From: Macrostomum lignano
Taxonomy: Eukaryota
DNA length: 64,000 nucleotides
Direction: 5' to 3'
Assembly: GCA_002269645.1 (NCBI GenBank)
Contig: NIVC01000592.1
Location: forward strand, 372,001 to 436,000
A program made the translations under genes and the position numbers. The notes below the pieces were generated by a model. That model was given only the letters and a program-made list of their open reading frames with translations. It was not told the origin of the DNA and did no database searches. Shown piece by piece: positions 40,072 through 54,192 of this stretch (position 1 is its first letter; each line of letters starts with the position of its first letter).

Positions 40072-40813
40072 ATTACTCTACTATTAGAGATTACTCTAAA
40101 ACCGGGGAGATTACTCTTAAACCGGGGAGATTACGTCTCTAAGACCGGGGAGATTACTCTAAAACCGGGGAGATTACTCTAAAACCGGGGAGATTACTCT
40201 AAAACCGGGGAGATTACTCTAAAACTGGGGAGATTACTCTAAAACCGGGGAGATTACTCTAAAACCGGGGAGATTACTCTAAAACCGGGGAGATTACTCT
40301 AAAACCGGGGAGATTACTCTAAAACCGGGGAGATTACTCTAAAACCGGGGAGATTACTCTAAAACCGGGGAGATTACGTCTCTAAGACCGGGGGAGATTA
40401 CTCTAAAACCGGGGAGATTACTCTAAAACCGGGGAGATTACTCTAAAACCGGGGAGATTACTCTAAAACCGGGGAGATTACTCTAAAACCGGGGAGATTA
40501 CGTCTCTAAGACCGGGGGAGATTACTCTAAAACCGGGGAGATTACTCTAAAACCGGGGAGATTACTCAAAAACCGGGGAGATTACTCTAAAACCGGGGAG
40601 ATTACTCTAAAACCGGGGAGATTACTCTAAAACCGGGGAGATTACTCTAAAACCGGGGAGATTACTCTAAAACCGGGGAGATTACTCTAAAACCGGGGAG
40701 ATTACTCTAAAACCGGGGAGATTACGTCTCTAAGACCGGGGGAGATTACTCTAAAACCGGGGAGATTACTCTAAAACTGGGGAGATTACTCTAAAATCGG
40801 GGGAGTTTACTCT
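40072..40813. repeat. Minisatellite, 20-bp unit (ggggagattactctaaaacc), between MRPL43 and FBXO47
   Basis: About 35 copies. Confidence 0.95.
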
Positions 40814-41061
40814 AGCAAAATCAGCACGCAAACAGTAACAGACTATTAAAGCAACACGTTTAACGGCACATTTAACTGTGTAGTGTGTATTTATAAATTT
40901 GCAATCGCTACTAACATGCAGACAATTCTAGGCAACACTGAGCTATCCAGGATAATGTCAAGAGGGGTTACTAGACTGGCACCATATACTCCCGCGCTAG
41001 ACTGACCAATCTGTAACCAAGACAAACATTTCGGTCACTGTGTGCGCCGGTCGAGAAGAGC

Positions 41062-42329
<1,268 letters not shown>

Positions 42330-43180
42330 AGCGCTGCTGGTGACTGCAAATTGAAAGCAATTATCAATGTTTTCGATACATATCGGGCTAAGAAAACACT
42401 TGTAATAAGGAGTGCATTCAAGACAGCTTTTTATTGTTTTCGATACATATCGCTGTAATCGCGACAGTGAATTTTTTTCGGCCTATTTTTCTAAGAAATC
42501 TCTGATGGCAAAAATCAGCAAAATAAAGGAAGCCGAACGATGCTCACAAGTTCCAAAAAAACAATATCATAATCATAATTTGTTGCAAGCCTCAATCTAT
42601 ACAAAATCTGCATAGGGGGAATTGGGTTATGTGATCATGTAAAAATGTGCAATCTCTGCTGGAAGAGCACAAGTTTGGCGTATCAACAGTTTTAATGGCA
42701 ACTAAAAATATTATTAATAAACGAAGTAGTGGACTTTATAGCAAGGAAACAATAATATTCTGGAATATCGATTTGGTACAAGCGGATTTAGGCGCATATC
42801 TGAATACAAAACAGGTCACGACAGTCTGATCTGATATTGTGCTGGTAAAAAAGCTTTATAAACATGTAAATATTGAGTGCTGGCACGGATGGATAATGCT
42901 GCTTGTGTTGATTAGCCAATCTTAGCGCAGGTAACTGCTCTAGAAAAATAAATAATTATAATAATAAACAGTTCTATTTATATTGAGAAACAGAGAAATT
43001 CCAATTTAAGCCCTGATTGCATGGTGCTGCACACTCTGGACACAAATAAAGTTGGCTACTTCATATCGCTTATACACTACTGATATATTGGCATTCAGCG
43101 TCTATATAGAGTTTTTTGCATAAATCAGCGAAAATAACTGAGCTTGCGTTGAGCACTGCGGAGGCAGCTCAGCGGCGTGT

Positions 43181-46100
43181 TCAATCGGCTGACGGGCCAA
43201 ACTTTTCCGCTGGAGCTGCGCCTGCGGCATCACGGCGTTCCGAGACTGCGGCTATCTGCATTCCGGACTCTGACTCTGGGGCTGATGCAGCTGCCAGCTG
43301 ATGAGGCTGCTGTTGCTGAGGCTGCTGTTGCTGAGGTTCAGCCTGATGAAAGTGCAGGGAACCGCCGGTCATCGAAGCCGGGGTAGCCGCGATGGAGCCG
43401 AAGTCGTCCATCGCAGCGACGGACACGGCGGGCGTCATCACGGAAGCGAAGGACTGCTGGCCGTAGGAGGCTGCCGGCTGTGGGTGGGGAGCGGATCAGA
43501 CAGTTGTTAGGGGGCGGAATCGCACAGACTAGTAGGACATTACAGAGTCGAATCAATAAGTTATAAAGAGCGGAAGTAGGCGGCAATTGGGAAGTACAGA
43601 GCGGAAATGGGGAATTCTGGAGAAGTATACTGCGGTAGAGAGCGGTATACTGTGGTAGAGAGCGGTATACTGCGGTAGAGAGCGGAATTACTGTGGTAGA
43701 GAGCGGTATACTGCGGTAGAGAGCGGAATTACTGTGGTAGAGAGCGGTATACTGTGGTAGAGAGCGGAATTACTGTGGTAGAGAGCGGAATTACTGTGGT
43801 AGAGAGCGGTATACTGTGGTAGAGAGCGGAATTACTGTGGTAGAGAGCGGTATACTGCGGTAGAGAGCGGAATTACTGTGGTAGAGAGAGGAAGTACTGT
43901 GGTAGAGAGCGGTAGACTGTGGTAGAGAGCAGTAGACTGTGGTAGAGAGCAGTAGACTGTGGTAGAGAGCAGTAGACTGTGGTAGAGAGCGGTAGACTGT
44001 GGTAAAGAGCGGTAGACTGTGGTAGAGAGCGGAAGTAGACTGTGGTAAAGAGCGGTAGACTGTGGTAGAGAGCGGTAGACTGTGGTAGAGAGCGGAAGTA
44101 GACTGTGGTAGAGAGCAGTAGACTGTGGTAAAGAGCGGTAGACTGTGGTAGAGAGCGGTAGACTGTGGTAAAGAGCGGTAGACTGTGGCAGAGAGCGGAA
44201 GTAGACTGTGGTAGAGAGCGGTAGACTGTGGTAAAGAGCAGTAGACTGTGGTAGAGAGCGGTAGACTGTGGTAAAGAGCGGTAGACTGTGGTAGAGAGCG
44301 GTAGACTGTGGTAGAGAGCAGTAGACTGTGGTAGAGAGCAGTAGACTGTGGTAGAGAGCGGTAGACTGTGGTAAGAGAGCGGAAGTAGACTGCGGTAGAG
44401 AGCGGAATCAAGCAGCGATGGAGAGGCCGTATTAAGATGCAAACCTGATTCGGCTGCTGGTGCGTCGCCACGGGCAGGTAAGCGCTTCCAGGTTGTTGCG
44501 GAAGCTGCTGCACATGCTGGTGCACTGGCGCGGAGCTGTAGTACACAGGCTGGGGAGGGAGCTGCTGCTGCTGGTACACTCCGCCCAGCTCAGTCAGAGT
44601 TTGGCCAGCACCGAGCTGCTGGACTAACGATGTTGTAGGAAAATTTCCCTGTTGATGAGGCACAGGAAACTGATGCTGATAAGGAGGCATAACAGGCATC
44701 AGTTGATAAGGCTGGCGATGAGACTGGAACTGCTGCTGCTGATGCAGCGGAGGCTGAGTGACAGCCATGAGGGTGACAGTGCCAGGCGGCAGCAGCTGCT
44801 GCAGCTGTGACTGAGGCAGCAACTGGCTGAGGGATTCCAATTTCACAGGTGAGATCTGCTGCTGCTGGGGCTGACACTGGACCAGCTGGGGCAGCATCTG
44901 GAACTGCTGCTGCTGAGGAGGAAGAGAAGCAGGTGCAGCCGCATTCCCCTCCTCCTGCTTGACGCTCTTCGCCTGGGCGTCGGGAGCGCCGCCACTGGGC
45001 TTTGATTTTCTCTTGGAAGTGGACGGCCTGGGCGCGGCCAGCTTCTTCGCGGACTCTTGTTGGTCTGAGGCCATCTTCTCCTGGAAGAGCCGATGCGACT
45101 CCGTCTGCTTGTAGGCCGCCAGCCGGGCCTCGTACTCGGCCGAGGCCTTGGCGTAGGCCTGCCGGTAGGCATCCTTGTCAGCCGACGGCAGGTCGCGCCA
45201 CTGTCTGGCAACCACTTTGATCTGGTCGCGGCCTTTGAGCCGGTGCTCCGGCGTGTCCCGGATGTGCAGCCCGAGCTCGCCCATCTTCTCCTTCACGAAC
45301 ATGGTGTAGGCGGAGCGCGGGTTCACCGGCTCCTGCGGATCGCGGCGAGCCTGGCGGGACCGACGGCCGGTGCCAACCGGCCTGCGCGGCTTAGCCTGCG
45401 GAGTCTGACCGGACGCTTCATCTTTGAGTCCATCATCGGCGGCGGCAGCGGTGGCAGCTTCAGAGGACTCCGCAGGCTGCTTAGCGCCTCCGATGAGGTC
45501 CTCAATGATGCTCGAGAGCGACACGGTGATTGGTGGGAGGGACGCGGCGGCCCGCACTAGGCATGCATTTTTTAGAAAACAATGCAAGTATGAAGTTGAA
45601 TTTGCAGTGAGCGCTACTGACAGTAGACCCAATGTATTTTAACGTTTTTTTCTAGCGAAAATACTCAATAGAAATTTTCGTGATTTTGCTGGAGATTCTC
45701 TGGACTAGAGGGCGATTCTCTGCACTAGAGGGCGATTCTCTGCACTAGAGGGCGATTCTCTGCACTAGAGGTGATTCTCTGCACTAGAGGGCGATTCTCT
45801 GCACTAGAGACGATTCTCTGGACTAAGGGCAATTCTCTGCACTAGAGGGCGATTCTCTGCACTAGAGGGCGATTCTCTGGACTAGAGGGCGATTCTCTGG
45901 ACTAAGGGCGATTCTCTGCACTACAGGGCGATTCTCTGCACTAGAGGGCGATTCTCTGGACTAAGGGCGATTCTCTGCACTAGAGGGAGATTCTCTGCAC
46001 TAGAGGGCGATTCTCTGGACTAGAGGTGATTCTCTGCACTAGAGGGCGATTCTCTGCACTAGAGACGATTCTCTGCACCAGAGGGTGATTCTCTGGACTA

Positions 46101-46974
46101 AGGGTGATTCTCTGGACTCAGGGTGATTCTCTGGACTAGAGGTGATTCTCTGCACTAGAGGTGATTCTCTGCACTAGAGGTGATTCTCTGCACTAGAGAC
46201 GATTCTCTGCACTAGAGACGATTCTCTGGACTAGAGGTGATTCTCTGCACTAGAGGTGATTCTCTGCACTAGAGGGCGATTCTCTGTACTAGAGGGTGAT
46301 TCTCTGCACTAGAGGGCGATTCTCTGCACTAGAGGTGATTCTCTGCACTAGAGGGCGATTCTCTGCACTAGAGGTGATTCTCTGCACTAGAGGGCGATTC
46401 TCTGCACTAGAGGGCGATTCTCTGCACTAGAGGGCGATTCTCTGCACTAGAGGGCGATTCTCTGCACTAGAGGTGATTCTCTGCACTAGAGGGCGATTCT
46501 CTGGACTAAGGGCAATTCTCTGCACTAGAGGGCGATTCTCTGCACTAGAGGGCGATTCTCTGGACTAGAGGGTGATTCTCTGGACTAAGGGCGATTCTCT
46601 GCACTACAGGGCGATTCTCTGCACTAGAGGGCGATTCTCTGGACTAAGGGCGATTCTCTGCACTACAGGGCGATTCTCTGCACTAGAGGGCGATTCTCTG
46701 GACTAGAGGGCGATTCTCTGGACTAAGGGCGATTCTCTGCACTACAGGGCGATTCTCTGCACTAGAGGGCGATTCTCTGGACTAAGGGCGATTCTCTGCA
46801 CTACAGGGCGATTCTCTGCACTAGAGGGCGATTCTCTGCACTAGAGACGATTCTCTGCACCAGAGGGTGATTCTCTGGACTAAGGGTGATTCTCTGGACT
46901 CAGGGTGATTCTCTGGACTCAGAGTGATTCTCTGGACTCAGGGTGATTCTCACTCACACCCGCACCTGAGGCAT
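43181..46974 (-). CDS. HMG-box protein (HMG20A/B-like box) with Gln-rich C-terminus, ~459 aa
   Basis: Exons 46958-46974 (tentative micro-exon MPQVR), 44445-45510 and 43181-43477 join in frame (1380 nt). HMG box DPQEPVNPRSAYTMFVKE...VARQWRDLPSADKDAYRQAYAKASAEYEARLAAYKQTESHRLF. The 5' end is uncertain. Confidence 0.75.
43620..44405. repeat. Intronic minisatellite, 20-bp unit (ggtagactgtggtagagagc), HMG intron 2
   Basis: About 38 copies; gives the spurious LPQSTALYHS ORF tail. Confidence 0.95.
45705..46950. repeat. Minisatellite, 19-20-bp unit (gggcgattctctgcactaga), putative HMG intron 1
   Basis: About 60 copies. Confidence 0.95.
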
Positions 46975-47204
46975 GATCGAAAGAGTTAAGCAGCAGCCAG
47001 AAGTCACGTATCTCGGTGCTAGCAAATGAAATAAGATCAACGGCACGCCAAGTTGTAATTCTATGCATACTTTGATCCCTTGAACATTTTTTATTCAATT
47101 TTTTATTATTTGCACAAAAACACTTGTAGAAAAAAACACTGAGAGGAAAGCGAAAGATCTCATCGCTGCTTTGGTATTTTACACATACAGAGGGATCCGA
47201 GATA

Positions 47205-47865
47205 CAGGCTGAGATTGGGGTTCTGCAGTACAGACTTGAAGGGCGGAGAATACAGATGCTAAGGATGGGATTACAGACATTAAAGACTGGGACTACAGAC
47301 TAAGGGCTGGGATTACAGAAGTTGAGAATTAGGACTGGACCACAAGAGATTAAGGACAGGGACTACAAGAGATTAAGGACAGGGACTACAAGAGATTAAG
47401 GACTGGGACTACAAGAGATTGAGGACTGGGACTACAGGAGATTAAGGACTGGGATCGCAGAGATTAAGGACTGGGATTGCAGAGATTGGACTGGGATTGC
47501 AGAGATTAAGGACTGGGATTGCAGAGATTAAGGACTGGGATTGCAGAGATTGGACTGGGATTGCAGAGATTAAGGACTGGGATTGCAGAGATTGGACTGG
47601 GATTGCAGAGATTAAGGACTGGGATTGCAGAGATTGGACTGGGATTGCAGAGATTAAGGACTGGGATTGCAGAGATTAAGGACTGGGATTGCAGAGATTA
47701 AGGACTGGGATTGCAGAGATTAAGGACAGGGACTACAGGAGATAAAGGACTGGGACTACAGGAGATAAAGGACTGGGACTACAGGAGATAAAGGACTGGG
47801 ACTACAGGAGATTAAGGACTGGGATTGCAGAGATTGGACTGGGATTGCAGAGATTAAGGACTGGT
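47205..47865. repeat. Minisatellite, 22/16-bp unit (agattaaggactgggattgcag)
   Basis: Tandem copies between the TEAD stop and the HMG gene. Confidence 0.92.
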
Positions 47866-48603
47866 ATTAATTACAGACACAGAGCCGGAGAAGGGGAAGA
47901 CAGTGGCAGAACGGAGTTGGGAGCAAAGCACGCAGAGCGGCAGGCATCAATGTGAGCACAGAACGGTCAGGTAGGCAAATGAAACGCGTTAATCAAATTT
48001 CGGCAGGCCTGATGGACAGTTAAAAAAGGGGGTAACAAAGAAAAGCAGAAATCAGTAATCAAGCGCGTAAAACCGGATTGATTTAAAGCGATAAAGCAGA
48101 AGAATAAGTGCACACAGAAACCAAGGCTTTGAGTTGATTAGGTAAGCCTTAATTGCTATGCCTACAGTCACTGTTGATAAAGTTTAATAAATAAAGCGGT
48201 GCACAATCAGTTACACGCACGGGGTCCAACGCAAGCTGCTGTGGTAAAAATAAAGAGCGAACAGATTAGTAAAAAGCACAAAAAGAGCATCGTGTCCTTT
48301 GACAGCATCAGAACAGACATTTTGTAAGTACAAACAAAACGATGAGCAAAAAACAGTAAAGGATATTAGCATTGTATACAGCGGGCCTGGGAACCGCAAT
48401 ATCGAATTCAAAGTGAGGAAGGAAATTTACAAGAATTGTCATAGTTAAGAAAAGCAGACAGAACTACAATAACAGTTCTTTGATCAATGCTGCTTATGAA
48501 GTAAAAGTTATGAACATATAGAAAATGTTTTTTTGGCTATTGACGAGAAGACAACAGCTAAACTCGAAGCGAATTTGCAGCGGATCGAACCGATTGGCGG
48601 GCC

Positions 48604-51386
48604 TCAGCTCCTGGACAGCCTGTAGATGTGCCTCTGCGCGCCGTGGACACTCGAGGACACCTCGAATACGTACGCGATGCACAACAGCGGCTCCCCGGTG
48701 TCAGTGTTCGTCACCACCTGCGGCGGGGTGCGGACTGGCTTCGATTTCCATGGCACTAATGGCGCTCAGCCAGATTGACATAATATGAGGACCTGGGAGG
48801 CTGACCGCCCAGCAACTGAGGATCTGGGAGGCTGGCGGTGGCCCAGCAACTGAGAATCTGGGAGGCTGGCGGTGGCCCAGCAACTGAGGATCTGGGAGGG
48901 TGCTGGACCAGCAACTGAGGATATGGGAGGCTGGCCCAGCAACTGAGGATATGGGAGGCTGGACCAGCAACTGAGGATCTGGAAGGCTGGCCCAGCAACT
49001 GAGGATATGGGAGGCTGGCCCAGCAACTGAGGATATGGGAGGCTGGCCCAGCAACTGAGGATATGGGAGGCTGGCCCAGCAACTGAGGATCTGGGAGGCT
49101 GGCCCAGCAACTGAGGATCTGGGAGGCTGGCGGTGGCCCAGCAACTGAGAATCTGGGAGGGTGCTGGCCCAGCAACTGACGATCTGGAAGGCTGGCCCAG
49201 CAACTGAGGATATGGGAGGCTGGCCCAGCAACTGAGGATCTGGGAGGCTGGCCCAGCAACTGAGGATCTGGGAGGCTGGCCGCCCAGCAACTGAGGATCT
49301 GGAAGGCTGGCCGCCCAGAAACTGAGGATCTGCGAGGCTGGCCGCCCAGCAACTGAGGATCTGGGGGTAGCCAAGCAACTGAAGATTTGGGAGGGTGCTG
49401 ACCCAGCAACTAAGGATGGCAGGATTGGCAGCGAAAATTCAAAATCTGTGGTATCTTGGCTTATTAAACAGCGCATTGAAACAACACATTTACTAAAGCT
49501 GCGACTCTCACCTGCATAATAGTGAAGTTCTCGAGCACGGAGTTCATCATAAACTTCTCTGGCAGCTGGCGCAGCTTGGAGATGAAGTTGATCATGTACT
49601 CGCACATCGGAATTCGCTCATTCTGATAAATGTATTTGCCGTTCTCTGAGTGCGGAGAAATGTGCTTCTCAACCTTCTCAACCACTTGCTTGCCGAATGA
49701 GCACACTTTGGTTGAGAAGGACAAGTTCATGCTCTCCTGGCTTTCGTACCTGCAGTTCATCAGTTTGGAATTGGGAAGTACGAGAACTGGTCAGGCACTG
49801 TGGTATCAATTCAATAAATTCCCGTGTGCCCCCGACATGAATTTCCCTGGAAATAATTCCCCACCAGCCGCTTACACGGTGGTGTGGCCATAGAACACAA
49901 ATTCCCCATGGCAATACTGTAATTCCCCACCAGCCGCTTACACGGTGGTGTGGCCATAGAACACAAATTCCCCATGGCAATACTGTAATTCCCCACCAGC
50001 CGCTTACACGGTGGTGTGGCCATAGAACACAAATTCCCCATGGCAATACTGTAATTCCCCACCAGCCGCTTACACGGTGGTGTGGCCATAGAACACAAAT
50101 TCCCCATGGCAATACTGTAATTCCCCACCAGCCGCTTACACGGTGGTGTGGCCATAGAACACAAATTCCCCATGGCAATACTGTAATTCCCTGCCAGCCG
50201 CTTACACGGTGGTGTGGCCATAGAACATGTTTCCCGGATGGTCCTCAGGCAGGGTGGTGTTGATATCCGCCCAGATTTTGACCAGGAAGGCCGCCGACTC
50301 CGGCCCTTGTCAAAGAAGTCGTTGAGGCCTCGCTTTGCTGGAAATTTGTCAGCAATCTGCGACTGGTCGACGCTTTCCATGCGCGCGATGGCGGACTCGG
50401 GCAGCTGGCCCATCGGGCAGTTGATGTGAGCAAAGATGTGCCGCTGCTGCTGGTAGGCGGAAGACTCGACTCCGGTCACCTCAACGAAGGCTGTCAGCTC
50501 GCGCAGCCGGAGCTTCGGCCCCACAATCGCCTGACAGCTGGCGCCGACGCCGGTGCCAGTTGGAGACGAGACGGCGGCGGCGGCAGCGGCAGCTACGGCG
50601 GCTGCAGCGGCGGCGGCGGCGTCGGCTGAGGCCAGGCCAGGCCACTGGGAGGCGCCACTGCCGGGGCTGCCAGGGCCGTGGCCCGCTCCCGCCGGCCAGA
50701 ATGCGGAGCCGCCGGCGGCAGCGGAGGCTGACTGCCTGGGCCCGGTGCTCTCCTGGCCGCGGGCCATGCCGGCGCTGACGATCTGGGCTGAGCTGAGCTG
50801 GCTGAGGCTGTGCATGGCCTTTTCCTTGGTGGCCGGATCCTTGATGTTGGTCTGAACCTCTTTGGTTTTGCGCCTAGCCAGCACCTGGATGTGGCTGGAC
50901 ACCTGCTTTCTGGTCCTGGTCTTGCCAGTCCGCAGCTTGATGTAGCGCGCGATCAGCTCGTTGCGGCCTAGAGGGGGTGGCGGGTTGGAGAGGGCATGAG
51001 GCACCCTGCGGCTTCATGCCTATTGGGACTTGACTGTCTCGTCATTCTTACAGTATTCAGTCGTCCTTGTCCCGCTCGCGGTATAATAAATCAAGGGCCC
51101 CAGCTTAACTGACCCCCACGGCCAAGGCAAAGCAGTCAGTAAGCAGGTAGGCGCGATGCCAGACAGACTCACCGTACATCTTGCCCTCGTCAGACAATAT
51201 AATCTTCCGCCTGCCGCAGGGCGGGTAGAGAGCCAAGGCCTCCTGGAAGCTCTGCTCGATGTCCGGACTCCAGACGCCCTCGGCATCGTTCGGATCCTCC
51301 TCGGCCTCTTCGTCCTCTTCGTTCATGTCGTCGTCGTCCACGACGCTGCTGGGCACAACGGTGCTCCATGCTTTGTTTGGCTCCAT
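48604..51386 (-). CDS. TEAD: TEAD/scalloped transcription factor (TEA domain + YAP-binding domain), ~442 aa, with an apparent 1-nt frameshift near 50303
   Basis: Exons 51173-51386, 50206-50967, 49512-49749, 48604-48717 total 1328 nt, one short of a multiple of 3. Motifs [60 protein letters not shown] (in the shifted frame), [37 protein letters not shown]. Confidence 0.93.
48785..49415. repeat. Intronic minisatellite, 28-32-bp unit (ggcccagcaactgaggatctgggaggct), TEAD last intron
   Basis: About 21 copies. Confidence 0.95.
49857..50227 (-). repeat. 66-bp tandem repeat spanning the TEAD exon/intron junction (6 donor copies)
   Basis: Unit = last ~22 nt of the exon (TGTTCTATGGCCACACCACCGT) + GTAAGCGG + 5' intron sequence; period 66 nt. 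Confidence 0.95.
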
Positions 51387-51974
51387 CGGTACTCTCTGAA
51401 GGCAAAGCGGCAGGAGTCAGTCAATCAGTCAGAGCTGCAAACTGCGGCTACCAGCAATGGAAACTGGATATTCGAAACTACCAACTGCTTGCTAGAAGAA
51501 AGAGCCAGCAAGAAAGCTGGGCAGAGAGGGGAGCGGAGAAGGTCAGAATCGGGAGACAAAGATGCACAACATTTGGAACACACGGGGGGGAGTTTGTATT
51601 TCACCGACTGTGTGGGGTGGACGCAGCGGATAGGCGGAGCGGCGGGCACACGGAGCGGGGAAGGGCGGAGCGCTTATCTGCGCTGCTGAAATTTGTTACA
51701 CTCGTGCTGGCTGGGGCAGAGGGGACGCGGCGTGCGGACAGGGCAAAAACGGGCCGGGGGGGGGGGGGAAGTCGCTTAGTAGCGGGGAAGGAGACATGGG
51801 GGGAGTTTTACGGCCCAAAAATAAGCAAGGAACAGGTGACCAGCAGCGGCAATCAGTGAGCGGCATTCAGGCCGACTGTCATGGCGGGACAGGGAGGGAG
51901 AAGGGAGAGACTGTGCGGCAGTAAGTTCGCAATAAGTGTCAATACGAATTATTTCAATATTTGTATTATTTTTG

Positions 51975-53085
51975 TGATTCGGATTTTGCAGTTTTGTAGA
52001 TTTGGTTTTTTGCAGTTTTGGGAATTGGAATTATAGAGTTTTGGAAATTTCTGTTGTTGCAGTTTGGGAAATTGGGATTCTGCAGTTTTGGAGATTGGGA
52101 TTCTGCAGTTTGGGAAATTGGGATTCTGCAGTTTTGGAGATTGGGATTCTGCATATTTGGGAAATTGGGATTCTGCAGTTTTGGAGATTGGGATTCTGCA
52201 TATTTGGGAAATTGGGATCCGGCAGTTTTGGAGATTGGGATTCTGCAGTTGGGGAATTGGGATTCTGCAGTTTTGGGAATTGGGATTCTGCAGTTTTGGG
52301 GATTGGGATTCTGCAGTTTTGGGGGTTGGGATTCTGCAGTTTTGGGGGTTGGGATTCTGCAGTTTTGGGGATTGGGATTCTGCAGTTTTGGGAATTAGGA
52401 TTCTGCAATTTAGGGGATTGGTATTCTGCAGTTTAGGGGATTGGGATTCTGCAGTTTTGGGGGTTGGGATTCTGCAGTTTTGGGAATTGGGATTCTGCAG
52501 TTTTAAGGATTGGGATTCTGCAGTTTAGGGGATTGGGATTCTGCAGTTTTGGGAATTGGGATTCTGCAGTTTTAAGGATTGGGATTCTGCAGTTTAGGGG
52601 ATTGGGATTCTGCAGTTTTGGGAATTGGGATTCTGCAGTTTTGGGGATTGGGATTCTGCAGTTTTGGGAATTAGGATTCTGCAATTTAGGGGATTGGGAT
52701 TCTGCAGTTTTTGGGAATTGGGATTCTGCAGTTTTGGGGATTGGGATTATGCAGTTTTGGGGATTGGGATTCTGCAGTTTTGGGGATTGGGATTCTGCAG
52801 TTTTGGGAATTAGGATTCTGCAATTTAGGGGATTGGGATTCTGCAGTTTTGGGAATTGGGATTCTGCAGTTTTGGGGATTGGGATTCTGCAGTTTTGGGA
52901 ATTAGGATTCTGCAATTTAGGGGATTGGTATTCTGCAGTTTAGGGGATTGGGATTCTGCAGTTTTGGGAATTGGGATTCTGCAGTTTTGGGAATTAAGAT
53001 TCTGCAATTTAGGGGATTGGGATTCTGCAGTTGGGGAATTGGGATTCTGCAATTGGGGAATTGACATTCTGAAGTTTTGGAGATT
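51975..53085. repeat. Minisatellite, 23-bp unit (gggattctgcagttttgggaatt), upstream of TEAD
   Basis: About 47 copies. Confidence 0.95.
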
Positions 53086-53589
53086 AGGATTATTCCTTCT
53101 TAGGTTGGTTTGTTTTTTTGGGACTGGGCAGAGGCAGTTTTCGTATTTTGACTATTATACAATCTTGCCTTCTTTCATGTTTCAGATTAAATAATTTCGG
53201 CAGGTGGCTCAGCGTTTGGAATCAGAGCAATTTCGCGACCTTCAACAAGCACAATCATTGCAATTGCCCAGTCTTTAAATACCACAGGTACTTGCTTAGT
53301 TTCAAAGCGAAACAGGCGAATTGAGATAAACAGACTAAGCCAATAAAGAAGCGCAGCGGGGCTTCCATATCTGAATCGATATTATACAGCTTTTGGCCTC
53401 GGGGAAGACCTGACTAAAATTAGTTGCTTTCCTGCTGTAGCAATTTCGAGTTTTCTTTGGAGTTTCGCTTGGAAAAATGTCTGAGAAAATTGCTTTGAAG
53501 ACAGAAAGTATGATTAGGAGTAAAAGACAGATTACCAATATAGGTAGGCCTACACAATCATAATAATTGCAGGGCTTTGGGCACCCTGG

Positions 53590-54050
53590 TGCAATGGTAG
53601 ATTATATAGTATGTTACGGAGTTAAATAATGGCCATAACACGAGTGCGCGAAGATTTAGTAGACAAAGATTTAGGCCTTGACGCGACTGAAAAGTGCCAT
53701 TCCAGCATCTGTTACAAAAAGCGATAGACTGGAAAGAAAATTTACAGCAAAAAAATATCAATTTCACTTAGTCAACAACTAAGCAGTTTCTACCGATCGA
53801 GGAAGCAGATCTGGAAAAATTCAAGGCGTACTTTGATGGAACCACAGCCGAAACGCTTACAGGACGAGGTGGTATTCACCATTCTCTATATTCTACGTGA
53901 GAGAGGACAAGAACACCTTAAACATTTGAAACAGCAGGGAGCATTGGTTGCTGGTATCGACTCCGACGGACAAGAGTACTGTGAACTACCACCACTACCA
54001 ACTAAGAACCAAGATTCAGAAGGCAGGTTCCGTTTTTCTACGAATCAGGC
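53590..54050 (+). pseudogene. Degenerate Crypton-type tyrosine recombinase / DUF3504-like remnant
   Basis: Translation across stops and one frameshift near 53858: GRLYSMLRS*IMAITRV...IEEADLEKFKAYFDGTTAETL/QDEVVFTILYILRERGQEHLKHLK...GIDSDGQEYCEL...TKNQ. This follows the Crypton/DUF3504 pattern (DL.K...YF...LQ..VWF......RG.E...L...D..G..Y....TKN). Recognised by eye only. Confidence 0.55.
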
Positions 54051-54192
54051 ACGCGGAGTTTTTTGTTTATTGTTTGTTTATGTTTTCAAGTTTACTTGTT
54101 ATGTAATAAATAATATGAAAATAAATTGTCTATGGTCGAAATGTATTTTCAGCGTTAAGCAATAACAAAATGGTGCGTGTCATTATAATAAA

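Noticed and set aside
43791-44444. C-terminal LPQSTALYHS repeat of the 613-aa ORF
   Set aside because: Lies after a CAG|GTTTGC donor at 44444; it is the intronic array, and splicing to 43477 restores a sensible C-terminus.
49811-50205. MATPPCKR repeat as a TEAD domain
   Set aside because: Only open in the frameshifted frame; it is intronic repeat sequence.
51966-53067. QNPNSQNCRIP / GDWDSAVLGIG ORFs
   Set aside because: Translations of the 23-bp minisatellite.
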